Shown here: piece after piece, positions 1-9,539 of the stretch
Layout of the letters: each line of letters opens with the position of its first letter
How positions within the stretch are numbered: the first letter of the stretch is position 1
Source of the DNA: Candidatus Parcubacteria bacterium
Lineage (GTDB): Bacteria; Patescibacteriota; Patescibacteriia; UBA1558; GWA2-36-10
Length of the DNA: 64,000 nucleotides
Reading direction: 5' to 3'
Assembly (NCBI GenBank): GCA_018669975.1
Contig: JABHSK010000005.1
Coordinates: forward strand, 121,132 to 185,131
Notes under the pieces: model-generated
What the model was told of the DNA's origin: nothing
The model's input: only the letters and a program-made list of their open reading frames with translations
Database searches by the model: none
Position numbers and translations under genes: made by a program

Positions 1-631
1 GTCAAAGCCAATTTTAGAATTGGTAAAAGCTTTGGATGAGTATATTCCAGAGCCAAAACGTGATACTGACCAAGCATTCTTAATGCCTATTGAAGATATT
101 TTTTCAATCGAAGGTCGTGGTACAGTTGTTACCGGACGTATCGATAGAGGTATTGTTAAATTGAATGAGGAAGTAGAAATGGTTGGTATTAAAGATACTA
201 CTAAGACTGTTATTACTGGAATCGAGATGTTTAATAAACAACTTGAAGAAGGTAGAGCTGGTGATAATGCCGGATTGCTTCTTCGTGGTACCAAGAAGGA
301 AGATGTAGAACGTGGTCAAGTTTTGGCCAAACCTGGTTCTATTACTCCTCATACAGAATATGAAGCTGAAACATATATCCTAAGTAAAGAAGAAGGCGGT
401 CGTCATACTCCATTCTTCAAGGGATATAAACCACAGTTTTATATCCGTACTACTGACATTACTGGTGAAGTAGAATTGCCAGAGGGTACAGAGATGGTTA
501 TGCCTGGTGATACAGTTAACTTGAAGATTAAGTTAATTGCTCCAGTAGCACTTGAAGAAAAATCAAAGTTCGCTATCCGTGAGGGTGGTCGTACTGTTGG
601 TGCAGGTGTAGTAACTAAGATTATCAAATAA
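1..631 (+). CDS. tuf: Elongation factor Tu, C-terminal ~200 aa (5'-truncated by the window edge)
   Basis: The translation (…[16 protein letters not shown]…[10 protein letters not shown]…[12 protein letters not shown]) is unmistakable EF-Tu domains 2 and 3. The reading frame is open from the window start. Confidence 0.95.
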   Translation, partial: SKPILELVKALDEYIPEPKRDTDQAFLMPIEDIFSIEGRGTVVTGRIDRGIVKLNEEVEMVGIKDTTKTVITGIEMFNKQLEEGRAGDNAGLLLRGTKKEDVERGQVLAKPGSITPHTEYEAETYILSKEEGGRHTPFFKGYKPQFYIRTTDITGEVELPEGTEMVMPGDTVNLKIKLIAPVALEEKSKFAIREGGRTVGAGVVTKIIK

Positions 632-641
632 ATTTTCTTTT

Positions 642-661
642 CCCCCGGTGTATGCCGGGGG
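642..661 (+). terminator. GC hairpin after tuf (cccccgg-tgtatg-ccggggg). Possible terminator, but the downstream T-tract is weak.
   Basis: Perfect 7-bp G/C stem read directly from the sequence, 11 nt after the tuf stop. Confidence 0.4.
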
Positions 662-709
662 AATTAAAATATTTATAAATTAAGTAGATTAACAATCAAT
701 TTTAAATCC

Positions 710-1042
710 ATGCAAGAAAAAGTTGCAAAAGAAGAAGTTCAGTCAAGAATCAGGATTAAGATCCGAGCTTATGATCATAAGATTATTGATCAGTCTACCA
801 AGACTATCATTGAAACAGTAGATCGTACTGGAGCCACAGTTATTGGTCCTATTCCTTTACCTACTGAAAAGAAAAAGTTCACAGTGCTTAGATCTACCTT
901 TGTTCATAAAGATGCTCGTGATCAATACGAAATGAGGGTGCACAAGAGATTACTTGATATCATAAATCCTACTCCTCAGACAGTAGATGCTTTGCAAAAT
1001 TTGAATTTGCCAGCTGGTGTGGATTTGGAAATAAAAATGTAG
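710..1042 (+). CDS. rpsJ: 30S ribosomal protein S10
   Basis: [17 protein letters not shown]…RVHKRLLDI is the S10 signature. Confidence 0.95.
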   Translation: MQEKVAKEEVQSRIRIKIRAYDHKIIDQSTKTIIETVDRTGATVIGPIPLPTEKKKFTVLRSTFVHKDARDQYEMRVHKRLLDIINPTPQTVDALQNLNLPAGVDLEIKM

Positions 1043-1197
1043 TTCTTTTTTAGAAGAATAAAAATAAAAACTTTTTGTTGGTTTGTATAACCCTGGTCTG
1101 TATAGGCTATGGAAGTGTCAAATGAACAAAAGTGTTTTAGAAGGATAAAAATCGTCACAATTAAACCAACACAAGTTGCTAGAGTAATACTAGTAGT

Positions 1198-1242
1198 CGC
1201 GGTTTTGTCCTTAAAAAAGTTTTTTTTAAGAACAAAACCGCG
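1198..1242 (+). promoter_or_regulatory. Near-perfect ~20-bp inverted repeat / hairpin inside the unusually long rpsJ-rplC spacer, followed by ATTTTT
   Basis: The arm cgcggttttgt-c-cttaaaaaa pairs with ttttttaag-a-acaaaaccgcg around a 3-nt loop. Read directly from the sequence. Confidence 0.35.
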
Positions 1243-1266
1243 ATTTTTAATAAGATTAATAAATAT

Positions 1267-2073
1267 ATGGTCAAGTTTATTTTAGGAAAAAAACTGAATA
1301 TGACCCAAAAGTTTTTGGAAGACGGCAGAGTTGCTCCGGTAACTGTTGTTGCTGCTGGTCCTTGTACTGTTACTCAGGTAAAGGGTGATAAAGACGGATA
1401 TAGCGCAGTCCAGATTGGCTTTGGGTTGAAAAAGAAAGTAAATAAACCACTGACAGGTCATCTAAAAGGTCTGGAGAATTTTCGTTATTTGCGTGAATTT
1501 AGATTAGAGAGTACAGACAATATGACCAGAGGTAAGGTATTTGATGTTAGTAGCTTTCAGGCAGGTGATATTTTAACTGTAACAGCCACTTCTAAAGGTA
1601 AGGGTTTTCAAGGTGTAGTTAAGAGGCATGGTTTTCATGGTTCTCCAGCTAGCCATGGTCATAAAGATCAATTGAGAATGCCTGGATCTATTGGTGCTAC
1701 TGATGCAGCTAGAGTTTTTAAGGGTACTCGTATGGGTGGCCGCATGGGCGGTGACACAGTAACGGTTACTAATCTAGAATTGATTGAAGTAGACCAGGAA
1801 AAAGGTTTGCTGTATATCAAGGGAGCTGTACCAGGAGCTAGGAATTCTTTGGTGTCTGTTGTGACTGAAGGTGAGCTTACTTTTATAGAAAAAAAGAAAG
1901 AAGAGCCTAAGAAAGAAGAAAAAAAGACTGAAGAGAAACCAATTGAAGATAAGGTTGAGAAGAAAGAAGATAAAAAACCTGTAGCCAAAAAAGAGACTGT
2001 TAAAGTAGAAAAGCCAGCTAAGGAAGAAAAAAAAGAGGTAAAGAAAGAAGAGCCTAAGAAAGAAGAAAAATAA
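1267..2073 (+). CDS. rplC: 50S ribosomal protein L3 with a ~70-aa Lys/Glu-rich C-terminal extension
   Basis: The N-terminal and core regions match uL3 (…GHLKG…FQGVVKRHGF…). The C-terminal tail is KEEPKKEEK-type low complexity. Confidence 0.95.
   Translation: MVKFILGKKLNMTQKFLEDGRVAPVTVVAAGPCTVTQVKGDKDGYSAVQIGFGLKKKVNKPLTGHLKGLENFRYLREFRLESTDNMTRGKVFDVSSFQAGDILTVTATSKGKGFQGVVKRHGFHGSPASHGHKDQLRMPGSIGATDAARVFKGTRMGGRMGGDTVTVTNLELIEVDQEKGLLYIKGAVPGARNSLVSVVTEGELTFIEKKKEEPKKEEKKTEEKPIEDKVEKKEDKKPVAKKETVKVEKPAKEEKKEVKKEEPKKEEK
1948..1985 (+). repeat. 38-nt exact direct repeat (gataaggttgagaagaaagaagataaaaaacctgtagc), copy 1, in the rplC tail
   Basis: Identical to 2748-2785. Read directly from the sequence. 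Confidence 0.85.
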
Positions 2074-2077
2074 ATAT

Positions 2078-2713
2078 ATGGCAGATATAAAAGTAAAATT
2101 ATACGACTGGCAAGGTAAGGAAGTAGGTGTAGAAGCTCTAGATCCAGCTTTGTTTGGCGTTGAAGTAAAGCCTAACCTAGTCCATGAAGTTGTAGTAGCT
2201 CATCAAAAGAACACTCGTGAAGCTATTGCTCACACCAAGGGTAGGTCTGATGTACGTGGTGGTGGTAAAAAACCATGGCGTCAAAAGGGTACCGGTAGAG
2301 CTCGTCATGGATCTATCCGTTCTCCATTGTGGGTCGGTGGTGGTATCACTTTTGGTCCAACCTCTAAACGTAATTTTGCAGTTAAAGTAAACAAAAAAGT
2401 AAAAGCCTTAGCTTTAGCTATGGTATTAAGCGATAAGGTTAATGCTGAAAGAATGGTATTGGTTGATTCCTATAACATGCCAGAAGCTAAAACTAAATCA
2501 CTTAGAGAAACTTTAGATAAGTTACCAAATAAAAGTAAACCAACTTTGATTTTGACCAAGAGTGCCAGCGATAATATAGTTTTGGCAGCTAAAAACTTAC
2601 CTAGGGTAGAAACTTTACATTATGGTAGTTTGAACATATATGATTTATTGAAGTATGAGTATGTTTTGGTCAGTAAAGAACTTATTAAAAAAATAACAGA
2701 GATTTATTCATAA
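2078..2713 (+). CDS. rplD: 50S ribosomal protein L4
   Basis: uL4 motifs (KGRSDVRGGGKKPWRQKGTGRAR) are present, and the gene sits in the S10-operon position. Confidence 0.95.
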   Translation: MADIKVKLYDWQGKEVGVEALDPALFGVEVKPNLVHEVVVAHQKNTREAIAHTKGRSDVRGGGKKPWRQKGTGRARHGSIRSPLWVGGGITFGPTSKRNFAVKVNKKVKALALAMVLSDKVNAERMVLVDSYNMPEAKTKSLRETLDKLPNKSKPTLILTKSASDNIVLAAKNLPRVETLHYGSLNIYDLLKYEYVLVSKELIKKITEIYS

Positions 2714-2717
2714 AGAT

Positions 2718-3188
2718 ATGGGTATTTTTAACAAAAAAAATAAGACTGATAAGGTTGAGAAGAAAGAAGATAAAAAACCTGTAGCTAAAGTAACCAAGAA
2801 AGAGCTTAAGGAAGAGAAATCAACCACAAAGTCAGTTGCCAAGAAAAAAACCATAACCAAAAAAGTAGTTAAGACAACCAAGTCAGCTGCTACTAAAGGT
2901 GACGGGAAAGCTTATAAGGTATTATTGAGGCCTATTATTTCTGAAAAAGCTACTTTGGGCGCATCTTTGAATAAATATGTGTTTGAAGTTTCACCTAAAG
3001 CTAATAAGGTTGAAATTAAAAAAGCAATTAGTGAAGTATATAATGTTGTACCTGCTAACGTTAATATCTTAAACAAAAGAGGTAAGAACGTTCGTCGTGG
3101 TCGTAACTCGGGCACAACTAAGAGTATCAAAAAAGCCGTTGTCACATTGAAAAAGGGCGACAGTATTAAATTGTATGAAGGTATTTAA
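2718..3188 (+). CDS. rplW: 50S ribosomal protein L23 with a ~60-aa Lys-rich N-terminal extension
   Basis: The C-terminal core (…[13 protein letters not shown]…[11 protein letters not shown]) is uL23, and the gene lies between rplD and rplB. Confidence 0.9.
   Translation: MGIFNKKNKTDKVEKKEDKKPVAKVTKKELKEEKSTTKSVAKKKTITKKVVKTTKSAATKGDGKAYKVLLRPIISEKATLGASLNKYVFEVSPKANKVEIKKAISEVYNVVPANVNILNKRGKNVRRGRNSGTTKSIKKAVVTLKKGDSIKLYEGI
2748..2785 (+). repeat. 38-nt exact direct repeat, copy 2, in the rplW 5' extension
   Basis: Identical to 1948-1985. Confidence 0.85.
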
Positions 3189-3196
3189 TAAAAATT

Positions 3197-4042
3197 ATGC
3201 CGATTAAAGTATACAAACCAACCACACCAGCTCGTCGTAAGACTAGCGTATTGGTCAACAAGGATTTGAGCAAAGCACGCCCAAAGAAGTCTTTGATTAC
3301 TATCAAAAAGAAAAGAGCAGGTAGAAATAACAAAGGCAGAATTACTGTTAGACATCAAGGTGGTGGTGTAAAAAGATTCATCAGAAAAGTTGATTTCAAG
3401 AGACAAAAATTTGATATCACTGCTAAAGTTGAAGCTATTGAATATGATCCAAACCGTAATGCTAATATTGCATTAATAGTTTATGTTGATGGTGCTAGAA
3501 GTTATATTTTGGCTCCAGACAAACTTAAGACTGGTGATAAAATAAAATCTTCACAGGAAAAAATTAGCATCAAACTAGGTAATCGTTTGTTGTTGAAGAA
3601 TATGCCTACTGGTACAACTGTTTATAATGTAGAAATGGTACCAGGCAAAGGTGGTCAATTAGCTCGCGCAGCTGGTAATGGTCTAACATTGATGGCCTTG
3701 ACTGACGGTAAAGCTCAATTGAAGATGCCTAGTGGAGAGATTAGAATAGTATTTGATACTTGCGCTGCTAGTGTTGGAATGCCTAGTAATCCAGAATTCA
3801 GAAATATCCGTTGGGGCAAAGCTGGTCGTATGAGACATAAAAACATCAGACCAACTGTTCGTGGTAAAGCTATGAATCCAGTAGATCATCCTCATGGTGG
3901 TGGTGAAGGATCAAATCCAATTGGTTTGAAACATCCAAAGACGTTTAAGGGTAAACCTGCCTATGGTGTTAAGACTAGAAAGCAGAATAAAGCCTCAGAT
4001 AAGTTTATTATCAAGCGTCGTAAGACTAGAAGTAAGAAATAA
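3197..4042 (+). CDS. rplB: 50S ribosomal protein L2
   Basis: The uL2 signature (…[15 protein letters not shown]…, [17 protein letters not shown]) is present. Confidence 0.95.
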   Translation: MPIKVYKPTTPARRKTSVLVNKDLSKARPKKSLITIKKKRAGRNNKGRITVRHQGGGVKRFIRKVDFKRQKFDITAKVEAIEYDPNRNANIALIVYVDGARSYILAPDKLKTGDKIKSSQEKISIKLGNRLLLKNMPTGTTVYNVEMVPGKGGQLARAAGNGLTLMALTDGKAQLKMPSGEIRIVFDTCAASVGMPSNPEFRNIRWGKAGRMRHKNIRPTVRGKAMNPVDHPHGGGEGSNPIGLKHPKTFKGKPAYGVKTRKQNKASDKFIIKRRKTRSKK

Positions 4043-4051
4043 ATAAAATAT

Positions 4052-4333
4052 ATGTCAAGAAGTTTAAAAAAAGGCCCTTATACTGATCCCAAATTATTGA
4101 AGAAAATCATTAATTTGAAACCAGAACAAGCTAAAGTTATTAAGACTTGGTCTAGGTCTTCTACTATTAGTCCAGAAATGGTTGGTTTTACTTTCGGAGT
4201 GCATAATGGTAAAGATCATATTCCAGTGTATGTAGTTGAGAATATGGTTGGGCACAAATTAGGAGAATTTTCACCTACACGTAAGTTTGTCAGTCATGGT
4301 GGTAAAATGGCTAAAACACAGGCTAAGAAGTAA
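4052..4333 (+). CDS. rpsS: 30S ribosomal protein S19
   Basis: [10 protein letters not shown]…[11 protein letters not shown] matches uS19. Confidence 0.95.
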   Translation: MSRSLKKGPYTDPKLLKKIINLKPEQAKVIKTWSRSSTISPEMVGFTFGVHNGKDHIPVYVVENMVGHKLGEFSPTRKFVSHGGKMAKTQAKK

Positions 4334-4361
4334 TTAATCTTGCAGTAAGTTTAAGATAAAT

Positions 4362-4892
4362 ATGATTGAAGCAAAAGCAAAATTGAAAAATGTAAGAATC
4401 TCATCAAAAAAGATGCGCTTGGTAGCTGATGCTATCAGAGGTTTAGAAGTGGCACCTGCTTTGGAGAGATTGCAAATTCTTTTCAAAAAATCATCTCCAG
4501 TCATTGAAAAATTGTTACGTAGTGCTGTTGCTAATGCCATGGATAGATTCAATGTTAAGGAAGAAGATTTAGTTATAAAGAGTATTATTGTTAATAAAGG
4601 TGCAGATTTAAAGCGTTGGAGACCAGCTGCTTTTGGTCGCGCCCATCCTTTTCGTAAACATTCTTCACATGTAGAGATTACTTTGACTACCAAAGAAGGT
4701 GTTAAAGCTACAGCTAAAGATAAGAAGAAAGAAGAGATTGAAACTGTTGATTTGACCAAGACAGATAAAAAAGCTCCTACTGGTACTAAAGCTGAGGGCA
4801 AATCTGTTAAACAAGATAAGAAAACACAAGCTCCGGCTCAACAAGCGTCTGCTGGAAAAAGCAAAGGTAATATTAATGTAAAAAAAGGTTAA
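4362..4892 (+). CDS. rplV: 50S ribosomal protein L22 with a Lys/Ala-rich C-terminal extension
   Basis: The uL22 core (AKLKNVRISSKKMRLVADAIRG) is present, and the gene is in the expected operon position. Confidence 0.9.
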   Translation: MIEAKAKLKNVRISSKKMRLVADAIRGLEVAPALERLQILFKKSSPVIEKLLRSAVANAMDRFNVKEEDLVIKSIIVNKGADLKRWRPAAFGRAHPFRKHSSHVEITLTTKEGVKATAKDKKKEEIETVDLTKTDKKAPTGTKAEGKSVKQDKKTQAPAQQASAGKSKGNINVKKG

Positions 4893-4893
4893 T

Positions 4894-5673
4894 ATGGGTA
4901 AAAAAGTAAATCCAAGAGTATTTCGTATCGGATTAAGTGAGAATTGGAGTTCTCGCTGGTATTCTGGTCATGATTTTCCAAAGCTTTTGCGGGAAGATAT
5001 TTTAATCAGAGGTCATTTAAAAAAAGCCTTGAGAGATGCTGGAATAGATAGAGTTCGTATTGAAAGAAGTCGTGGTAAAGTGACTATCAACATTGATGCT
5101 GCCAAGCCAGGTTTAATTATTGGTCGCGGTGGTAGCGGAATCGAAGAATTGAAAAAGGTAATTCAAAAGAAATTTTTAGGTAAAGATGTTAAATTGCAAA
5201 TAAATATTACTGAGGTTTCAGTACCAAACTTAGCCGCCAATGTTATTGTTCAGAGTATTAGAGATGATGTAGAGAAGAGAATTCCTTTTCGTCGCGTTAT
5301 GAAACAAAACATTGATAAGGTAATGAAGGCTGGTGGTCAAGGTGTAAAAATTATTTTGGCTGGACGTCTAAACGGTGTGGAAATTGCTCGTTCTGAAAAA
5401 TTGACTCAGGGCAAAGTACCACTGCAGACATTGCGTGCCAATATTGATTATAGTCGCGGAGTAGCTAACACTATTTACGGAGTCATTGGTATCAAAGTTT
5501 GGATTTACAAAGGAGAATATTTTGATAAGAAAAAGAAAGAAGACAAAGGTAAGATGAAAGCTCCTACCAAGACAGTTAAATTGTTTTCTAAAGATAAAGT
5601 TAACATTCAACCAATAGAACCAGCTGTTAAAAAACCAGCTAATACAGCAGACAAAAAGACCAGTAAAAAATAA
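4894..5673 (+). CDS. rpsC: 30S ribosomal protein S3 with a Lys-rich C-terminal tail
   Basis: The KH and uS3 core (GKKVNPRVFRIGL…IIGRGGSGIEELKK) is present. Confidence 0.95.
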   Translation: MGKKVNPRVFRIGLSENWSSRWYSGHDFPKLLREDILIRGHLKKALRDAGIDRVRIERSRGKVTINIDAAKPGLIIGRGGSGIEELKKVIQKKFLGKDVKLQINITEVSVPNLAANVIVQSIRDDVEKRIPFRRVMKQNIDKVMKAGGQGVKIILAGRLNGVEIARSEKLTQGKVPLQTLRANIDYSRGVANTIYGVIGIKVWIYKGEYFDKKKKEDKGKMKAPTKTVKLFSKDKVNIQPIEPAVKKPANTADKKTSKK

Positions 5674-5700
5674 TTTTCAATAGATTCAAGATAAAAATAT

Positions 5701-6117
5701 ATGTTAGCACCAAAGAAAGTAAAACATAGAAAATGGCACAGAGGTGATAAGATCAAGGGTAAAGCTACTCGTATGACTAAAGTTAGCTTTGGTGATTATG
5801 GCCTTAAGGGCTTGCAGGCTGGTTGGATTACAGCTAGACAAATTGAGTCAGCTCGTCGTGCTATTGTTGGTCATATTCAGAGAGGTGGAAAAGTATTTAT
5901 TAGAATTTTTCCAGACAAGCCCATTACTGCCAAAGGTAATGAAATGCCCATGGGTAAAGGTAAGGGTGCTGTTGACCATTATGTAGCAGTAGTCAAACCT
6001 GGTACGGTTCTATTTGAGATGAGTGGTGTTGATGAAGAGACAGCTAGAAGGTCTATGCAATTAGCAGGCTACAAGCTACCAGTTAAAACAAAATTCGTAA
6101 GCAAAGATTTAATTTAA
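5701..6117 (+). CDS. rplP: 50S ribosomal protein L16
   Basis: [11 protein letters not shown]…[13 protein letters not shown] matches uL16. Confidence 0.95.
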   Translation: MLAPKKVKHRKWHRGDKIKGKATRMTKVSFGDYGLKGLQAGWITARQIESARRAIVGHIQRGGKVFIRIFPDKPITAKGNEMPMGKGKGAVDHYVAVVKPGTVLFEMSGVDEETARRSMQLAGYKLPVKTKFVSKDLI

Positions 6118-6121
6118 GCAT

Positions 6122-6364
6122 ATGAAAATAGCAGAAATCAGAAAATTAGACATACAAAAGCTAAATGAGGCCTTGGCTGATTTAAGAAATAAAAGCAGGG
6201 AGCTTAGATTTAGTATTGCCAATAATCAATTGAGTGCTGTCAGAGATTTGAGAAAAACTAAGAAGGATATTGCTAAAATTATTACTATTTTAAATGAAAA
6301 AAGGGTAGTTACGGAAGACAGTAAAGCAGAAAAGGTAAGTGAAGATAAAAAGGAAAAGAAATAA
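6122..6364 (+). CDS. rpmC: 50S ribosomal protein L29
   Basis: The size, operon position and ELRNKSRELRF motif fit uL29. Confidence 0.85.
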   Translation: MKIAEIRKLDIQKLNEALADLRNKSRELRFSIANNQLSAVRDLRKTKKDIAKIITILNEKRVVTEDSKAEKVSEDKKEKK

Positions 6365-6396
6365 TTTTTCCGCTACAGGCGGAGTAAACAAAGTAT

Positions 6397-6645
6397 ATGG
6401 AAAAACAAGTAATTAAGAAAAAATTAGAAGGAGAAGTCGTTAGTGACAAGATGGATAAAACTGTTGTTATTAGTGTTGTTAGTATTAAAACACACTCTAA
6501 GTACAAGAAGCAGTATAAGTCTTCAAAAAAGTATAAGGCTCACGACGAAAAAAATCAGTATAAAGAAGGTGATGTTGTAATTATTGAAGCATGTCGTCCA
6601 CTTTCTGCTGACAAGAGATGGAGAGTTATAAAAAAAGTAAAATAA
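6397..6645 (+). CDS. rpsQ: 30S ribosomal protein S17
   Basis: [18 protein letters not shown]…KYKAHDE matches uS17. Confidence 0.9.
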   Translation: MEKQVIKKKLEGEVVSDKMDKTVVISVVSIKTHSKYKKQYKSSKKYKAHDEKNQYKEGDVVIIEACRPLSADKRWRVIKKVK

Positions 6646-6655
6646 CCACAGATAT

Positions 6656-7027
6656 ATGATTCAACACAGGTCAATGTTAAAAGTCGCTGATAATTCAGGT
6701 GCAAAGCTAGTGCAATGCATCAGGGTTTTAGGTGGTTATAAAAAAAGATACGCCCGTGTCGGTGATTTGATTACTATTACTGTAAAGTCTGCTCAACCAC
6801 ACGCTGCTGTAAAGAAAGGGCAAGTTTTACACGCGGTTGTTGTTAGGCAGAGAAAAGAAACTAGAAGACCAAGTGGTGTATACGTTAGATTTGATGATAA
6901 TGCAGTGGTTATTGTTGATAGAAAGACTAAGGAAATCAAAGGTACACGTATCTTTGGACCAATCGCTAGAGAATTAAGGGTAAAGGGATACAATAAAATT
7001 GTCTCTTTGGCACCGGAGGTATTATAA
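6656..7027 (+). CDS. rplN: 50S ribosomal protein L14
   Basis: [17 protein letters not shown] is the uL14 N-terminus. Confidence 0.95.
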   Translation: MIQHRSMLKVADNSGAKLVQCIRVLGGYKKRYARVGDLITITVKSAQPHAAVKKGQVLHAVVVRQRKETRRPSGVYVRFDDNAVVIVDRKTKEIKGTRIFGPIARELRVKGYNKIVSLAPEVL

Positions 7028-7030
7028 AAT

Positions 7031-7357
7031 ATGAAAGTCAATAAAATGAACATAAAAGTGAATGACAAAGTAGCAGTTATTACCGGAAAAAATAAAGGTA
7101 AAGACGGCAAGGTTGTTCAAATTTTACCGTCAATGAACAAGGTGGTTGTTGAAGGTGTTAATATTATGTATAAACACTTACGACCACAAAAAAGCGGTGA
7201 AAAAGGACAAAGAGTTCAGTTTAACGGACCAATTACTGTTAGTAATGTCATGTTGGTTTGTCCAAAGTGTAGTAAACAATCACGTATTGGAATTAAGGTT
7301 GGTGATAATAAGCAAAAAGCAAGATTTTGCAAAAAGTGTAAAGAAGTAATTGATTAA
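7031..7357 (+). CDS. rplX: 50S ribosomal protein L24 (KOW domain) carrying a C-terminal CxxC…CxxC motif
   Basis: The KOW region (VNDKVAVITGKNKGKDGKV) is uL24. The C-terminus contains CPKC…(19)…CKKC. Confidence 0.9.
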   Translation: MKVNKMNIKVNDKVAVITGKNKGKDGKVVQILPSMNKVVVEGVNIMYKHLRPQKSGEKGQRVQFNGPITVSNVMLVCPKCSKQSRIGIKVGDNKQKARFCKKCKEVID

Positions 7358-7385
7358 TACTTCAATAAATTCAGTATAAAAAAAT

Positions 7386-7937
7386 ATGAATAAATTAGCA
7401 GAACAGTATAAGAAAGAAATCAGACCAAGCCTGCAAAAGGAGCTAGGTTTAGACAATGTCATGGCCGTGCCAAAATTGGACAAGATCGTGATTAATATTG
7501 GTATTGGTAAAGCTACTCAAGACAAGCAGTGGATTGAATTATCCAAATCAATCTTGGAGAGAATTACTGGTCAAAAACCAATGGCTACTAAAGCTAGAAA
7601 GTCTATCTCTAATTTTAAAGTTCGTGAAGGCATGGTAGTCGGTTCAAAAGTCACACTACGTGGTGAACGTATGTATGATTTCTTATACAGATTAGTTAAT
7701 TCTACTATTCCTAGATTTAGAGATTTCTATGGCCTAGAACCAAAAAGAGGTTTTGATGGTAACGGAAACTATACTTTGGGCTTGAAAGAACATATTGTTT
7801 TCCCAGAAATAGGTATGGATGATGTAGAAAAAGTTCACGGTTTAGAAGTAACTATAGTAACTTCTGCTAAAGATAACCAACAAGCATTGGCTTTGCTCCG
7901 CGCTCTAGGTTTTCCTTTTAAAAAGAATAAGAAATAA
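7386..7937 (+). CDS. rplE: 50S ribosomal protein L5
   Basis: The uL5 core (…AVPKLDKIVINIG…) is present. Confidence 0.95.
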   Translation: MNKLAEQYKKEIRPSLQKELGLDNVMAVPKLDKIVINIGIGKATQDKQWIELSKSILERITGQKPMATKARKSISNFKVREGMVVGSKVTLRGERMYDFLYRLVNSTIPRFRDFYGLEPKRGFDGNGNYTLGLKEHIVFPEIGMDDVEKVHGLEVTIVTSAKDNQQALALLRALGFPFKKNKK

Positions 7938-7943
7938 AATATT

Positions 7944-8129
7944 ATGGCAACAACCGCACAAATCGCAAAATCAAACAAAAAGCCCAAGTATTCTACTCGT
8001 AGAGTACGTAGATGTTGGCGCTGTGGCAAACAACGTTCTTTCATGAGAAAGTTTGAATTATGCCGCATTTGTTTCAGGGAATTAGCAGACAAAGGAGAAA
8101 TTCCTGGAATTAAGAAATCAAGTTGGTAA
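7944..8129 (+). CDS. rpsN: 30S ribosomal protein S14, zinc-binding type Z (61 aa)
   Basis: [11 protein letters not shown]…CRICFRE is the C4 zinc ribbon. The 61-aa length is typical of type-Z uS14. Confidence 0.9.
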   Translation: MATTAQIAKSNKKPKYSTRRVRRCWRCGKQRSFMRKFELCRICFRELADKGEIPGIKKSSW

Positions 8130-8178
8130 ATATTTATTTAAATATAATATAAGATATAGAATATAAAATAACATAAAT

Positions 8179-8568
8179 ATGACAGATCCTATCGCAGACA
8201 TGTTAACAAGAATACGTAATGCTGTGGCCGTTAAAAAGCCAGAGATAATTTTGCCTTTTTCTAAGGTTAAATTTAACATTGCCAAATTATTGGAAGATGA
8301 AAAATATGTAGGCAACGTATCCAAGGTTAAGACTGGTAAATTTGATGAAATCAAAATTAATTTGATATACAAAGCTGATAACTCAGTGATTCGACATATC
8401 AAGAGTGTTTCTACACCAGGACAACGTGTTTATGTATCCGGTAAAGAAATTCCTCGTGTATTAAACGGTTATGGAATGGCAGTTGTTTCAACATCTAAAG
8501 GTGTTATGACTGGCAAAGAAGCCTCTAGGCAGAACATCGGAGGAGAGTTAATGTGTGAAATCTGGTAA
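8179..8568 (+). CDS. rpsH: 30S ribosomal protein S8
   Basis: MTDPIADMLTRIRNA is the uS8 N-terminus. Confidence 0.95.
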   Translation: MTDPIADMLTRIRNAVAVKKPEIILPFSKVKFNIAKLLEDEKYVGNVSKVKTGKFDEIKINLIYKADNSVIRHIKSVSTPGQRVYVSGKEIPRVLNGYGMAVVSTSKGVMTGKEASRQNIGGELMCEIW

Positions 8569-8595
8569 GCAGTTTTAATTTAAAATAATAAATTT

Positions 8596-9150
8596 ATGTC
8601 AAGAATAGGTAAAAAACCAATTGAGATACCAAGCGGTGTAGAAATCAAGGTCGCTAAGAATGATCTAGATATTTTTGAGGTATCTGTAAAAGGTCCTAAA
8701 GGAACTTTGCTGGTTAATGTCCCAAAAGGTGTTTCTGTAGAACAAGCTGAAAATCAATTATCTTTTAAAGTAAAGAACGAAGAAGCTAAAAGTGATAAAG
8801 CTTTGTGGGGATTAAGTAGGACTCTAGTTAATAATGCTGTTTTGGGAGTAATGGAAGGTTTTAGTAAGGTTTTAGAGATCAATGGTGTTGGATATAAAGT
8901 TGCTCTGCAAGGAAAAAAATTAGTGCTTAATGTTGGTTTTTCACATCAGGTAGAATTTGCTATTCCAGAAGGTATTACTGCAGAGGTTGAAAAAAATAAG
9001 ATTACAATATCTGGCATTGACAAACAACAAGTTGGTCAGATTGCTGCTGAAATAAGAGCTATCAAAAAACCGGAACCGTATAAAGGTAAAGGTATCAAAT
9101 ATATTGATGAGCAGATTCGCAGAAAAGCAGGTAAGGTAGTCAAATCATAA
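8596..9150 (+). CDS. rplF: 50S ribosomal protein L6
   Basis: MSRIGKKPIEIPSGVEI is the uL6 N-terminus. Confidence 0.95.
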   Translation: MSRIGKKPIEIPSGVEIKVAKNDLDIFEVSVKGPKGTLLVNVPKGVSVEQAENQLSFKVKNEEAKSDKALWGLSRTLVNNAVLGVMEGFSKVLEINGVGYKVALQGKKLVLNVGFSHQVEFAIPEGITAEVEKNKITISGIDKQQVGQIAAEIRAIKKPEPYKGKGIKYIDEQIRRKAGKVVKS

Positions 9151-9174
9151 TAAGCATCTTTGTAAATAAAAAAT

Positions 9175-9531
9175 ATGAAAGATTTAAATAAAATAAAACA
9201 AGAAAAGTTTTTCCGCAGACAAAGAAGGACTAGAGCTCAGATAACTGGTACTACCAGTAAGCCTCGTTTGTCCGTCTTTAGAAGTTTGTTGCATATCTCT
9301 GCACAGGCTATTGATGATGTTGGTAAAAAAACTTTAGTAGCTGCTTCTGATAAGGAAATTAAAGCTAAAGGAAATAAATCTGAGATCGCTGCTTTAGTTG
9401 GAGAACTACTAGGTAAGAAGTTAACAGAGAAAAAGATTTCAAAAATAATCTTTGATAAAGGCGCTTATAAGTATCATGGCCGTGTTAAAGCCTTGGCTGA
9501 TGGTCTAAGAAAAAGTGGTATAAATTTTTAA
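9175..9531 (+). CDS. rplR: 50S ribosomal protein L18
   Basis: …KPRLSVFRS…AYKYHGRVKALADGLR matches uL18. Confidence 0.9.
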   Translation: MKDLNKIKQEKFFRRQRRTRAQITGTTSKPRLSVFRSLLHISAQAIDDVGKKTLVAASDKEIKAKGNKSEIAALVGELLGKKLTEKKISKIIFDKGAYKYHGRVKALADGLRKSGINF

Positions 9532-9539
9532 TCAATCAC

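Noticed and set aside
4334-4801. 155-aa minus-strand ORF, plus several other short alternate-frame ORFs (5789-5986, 7146-7349, 104-352, 1668-1988 and others)
   Set aside because: All lie inside or antisense to confidently identified ribosomal protein genes. Spurious.
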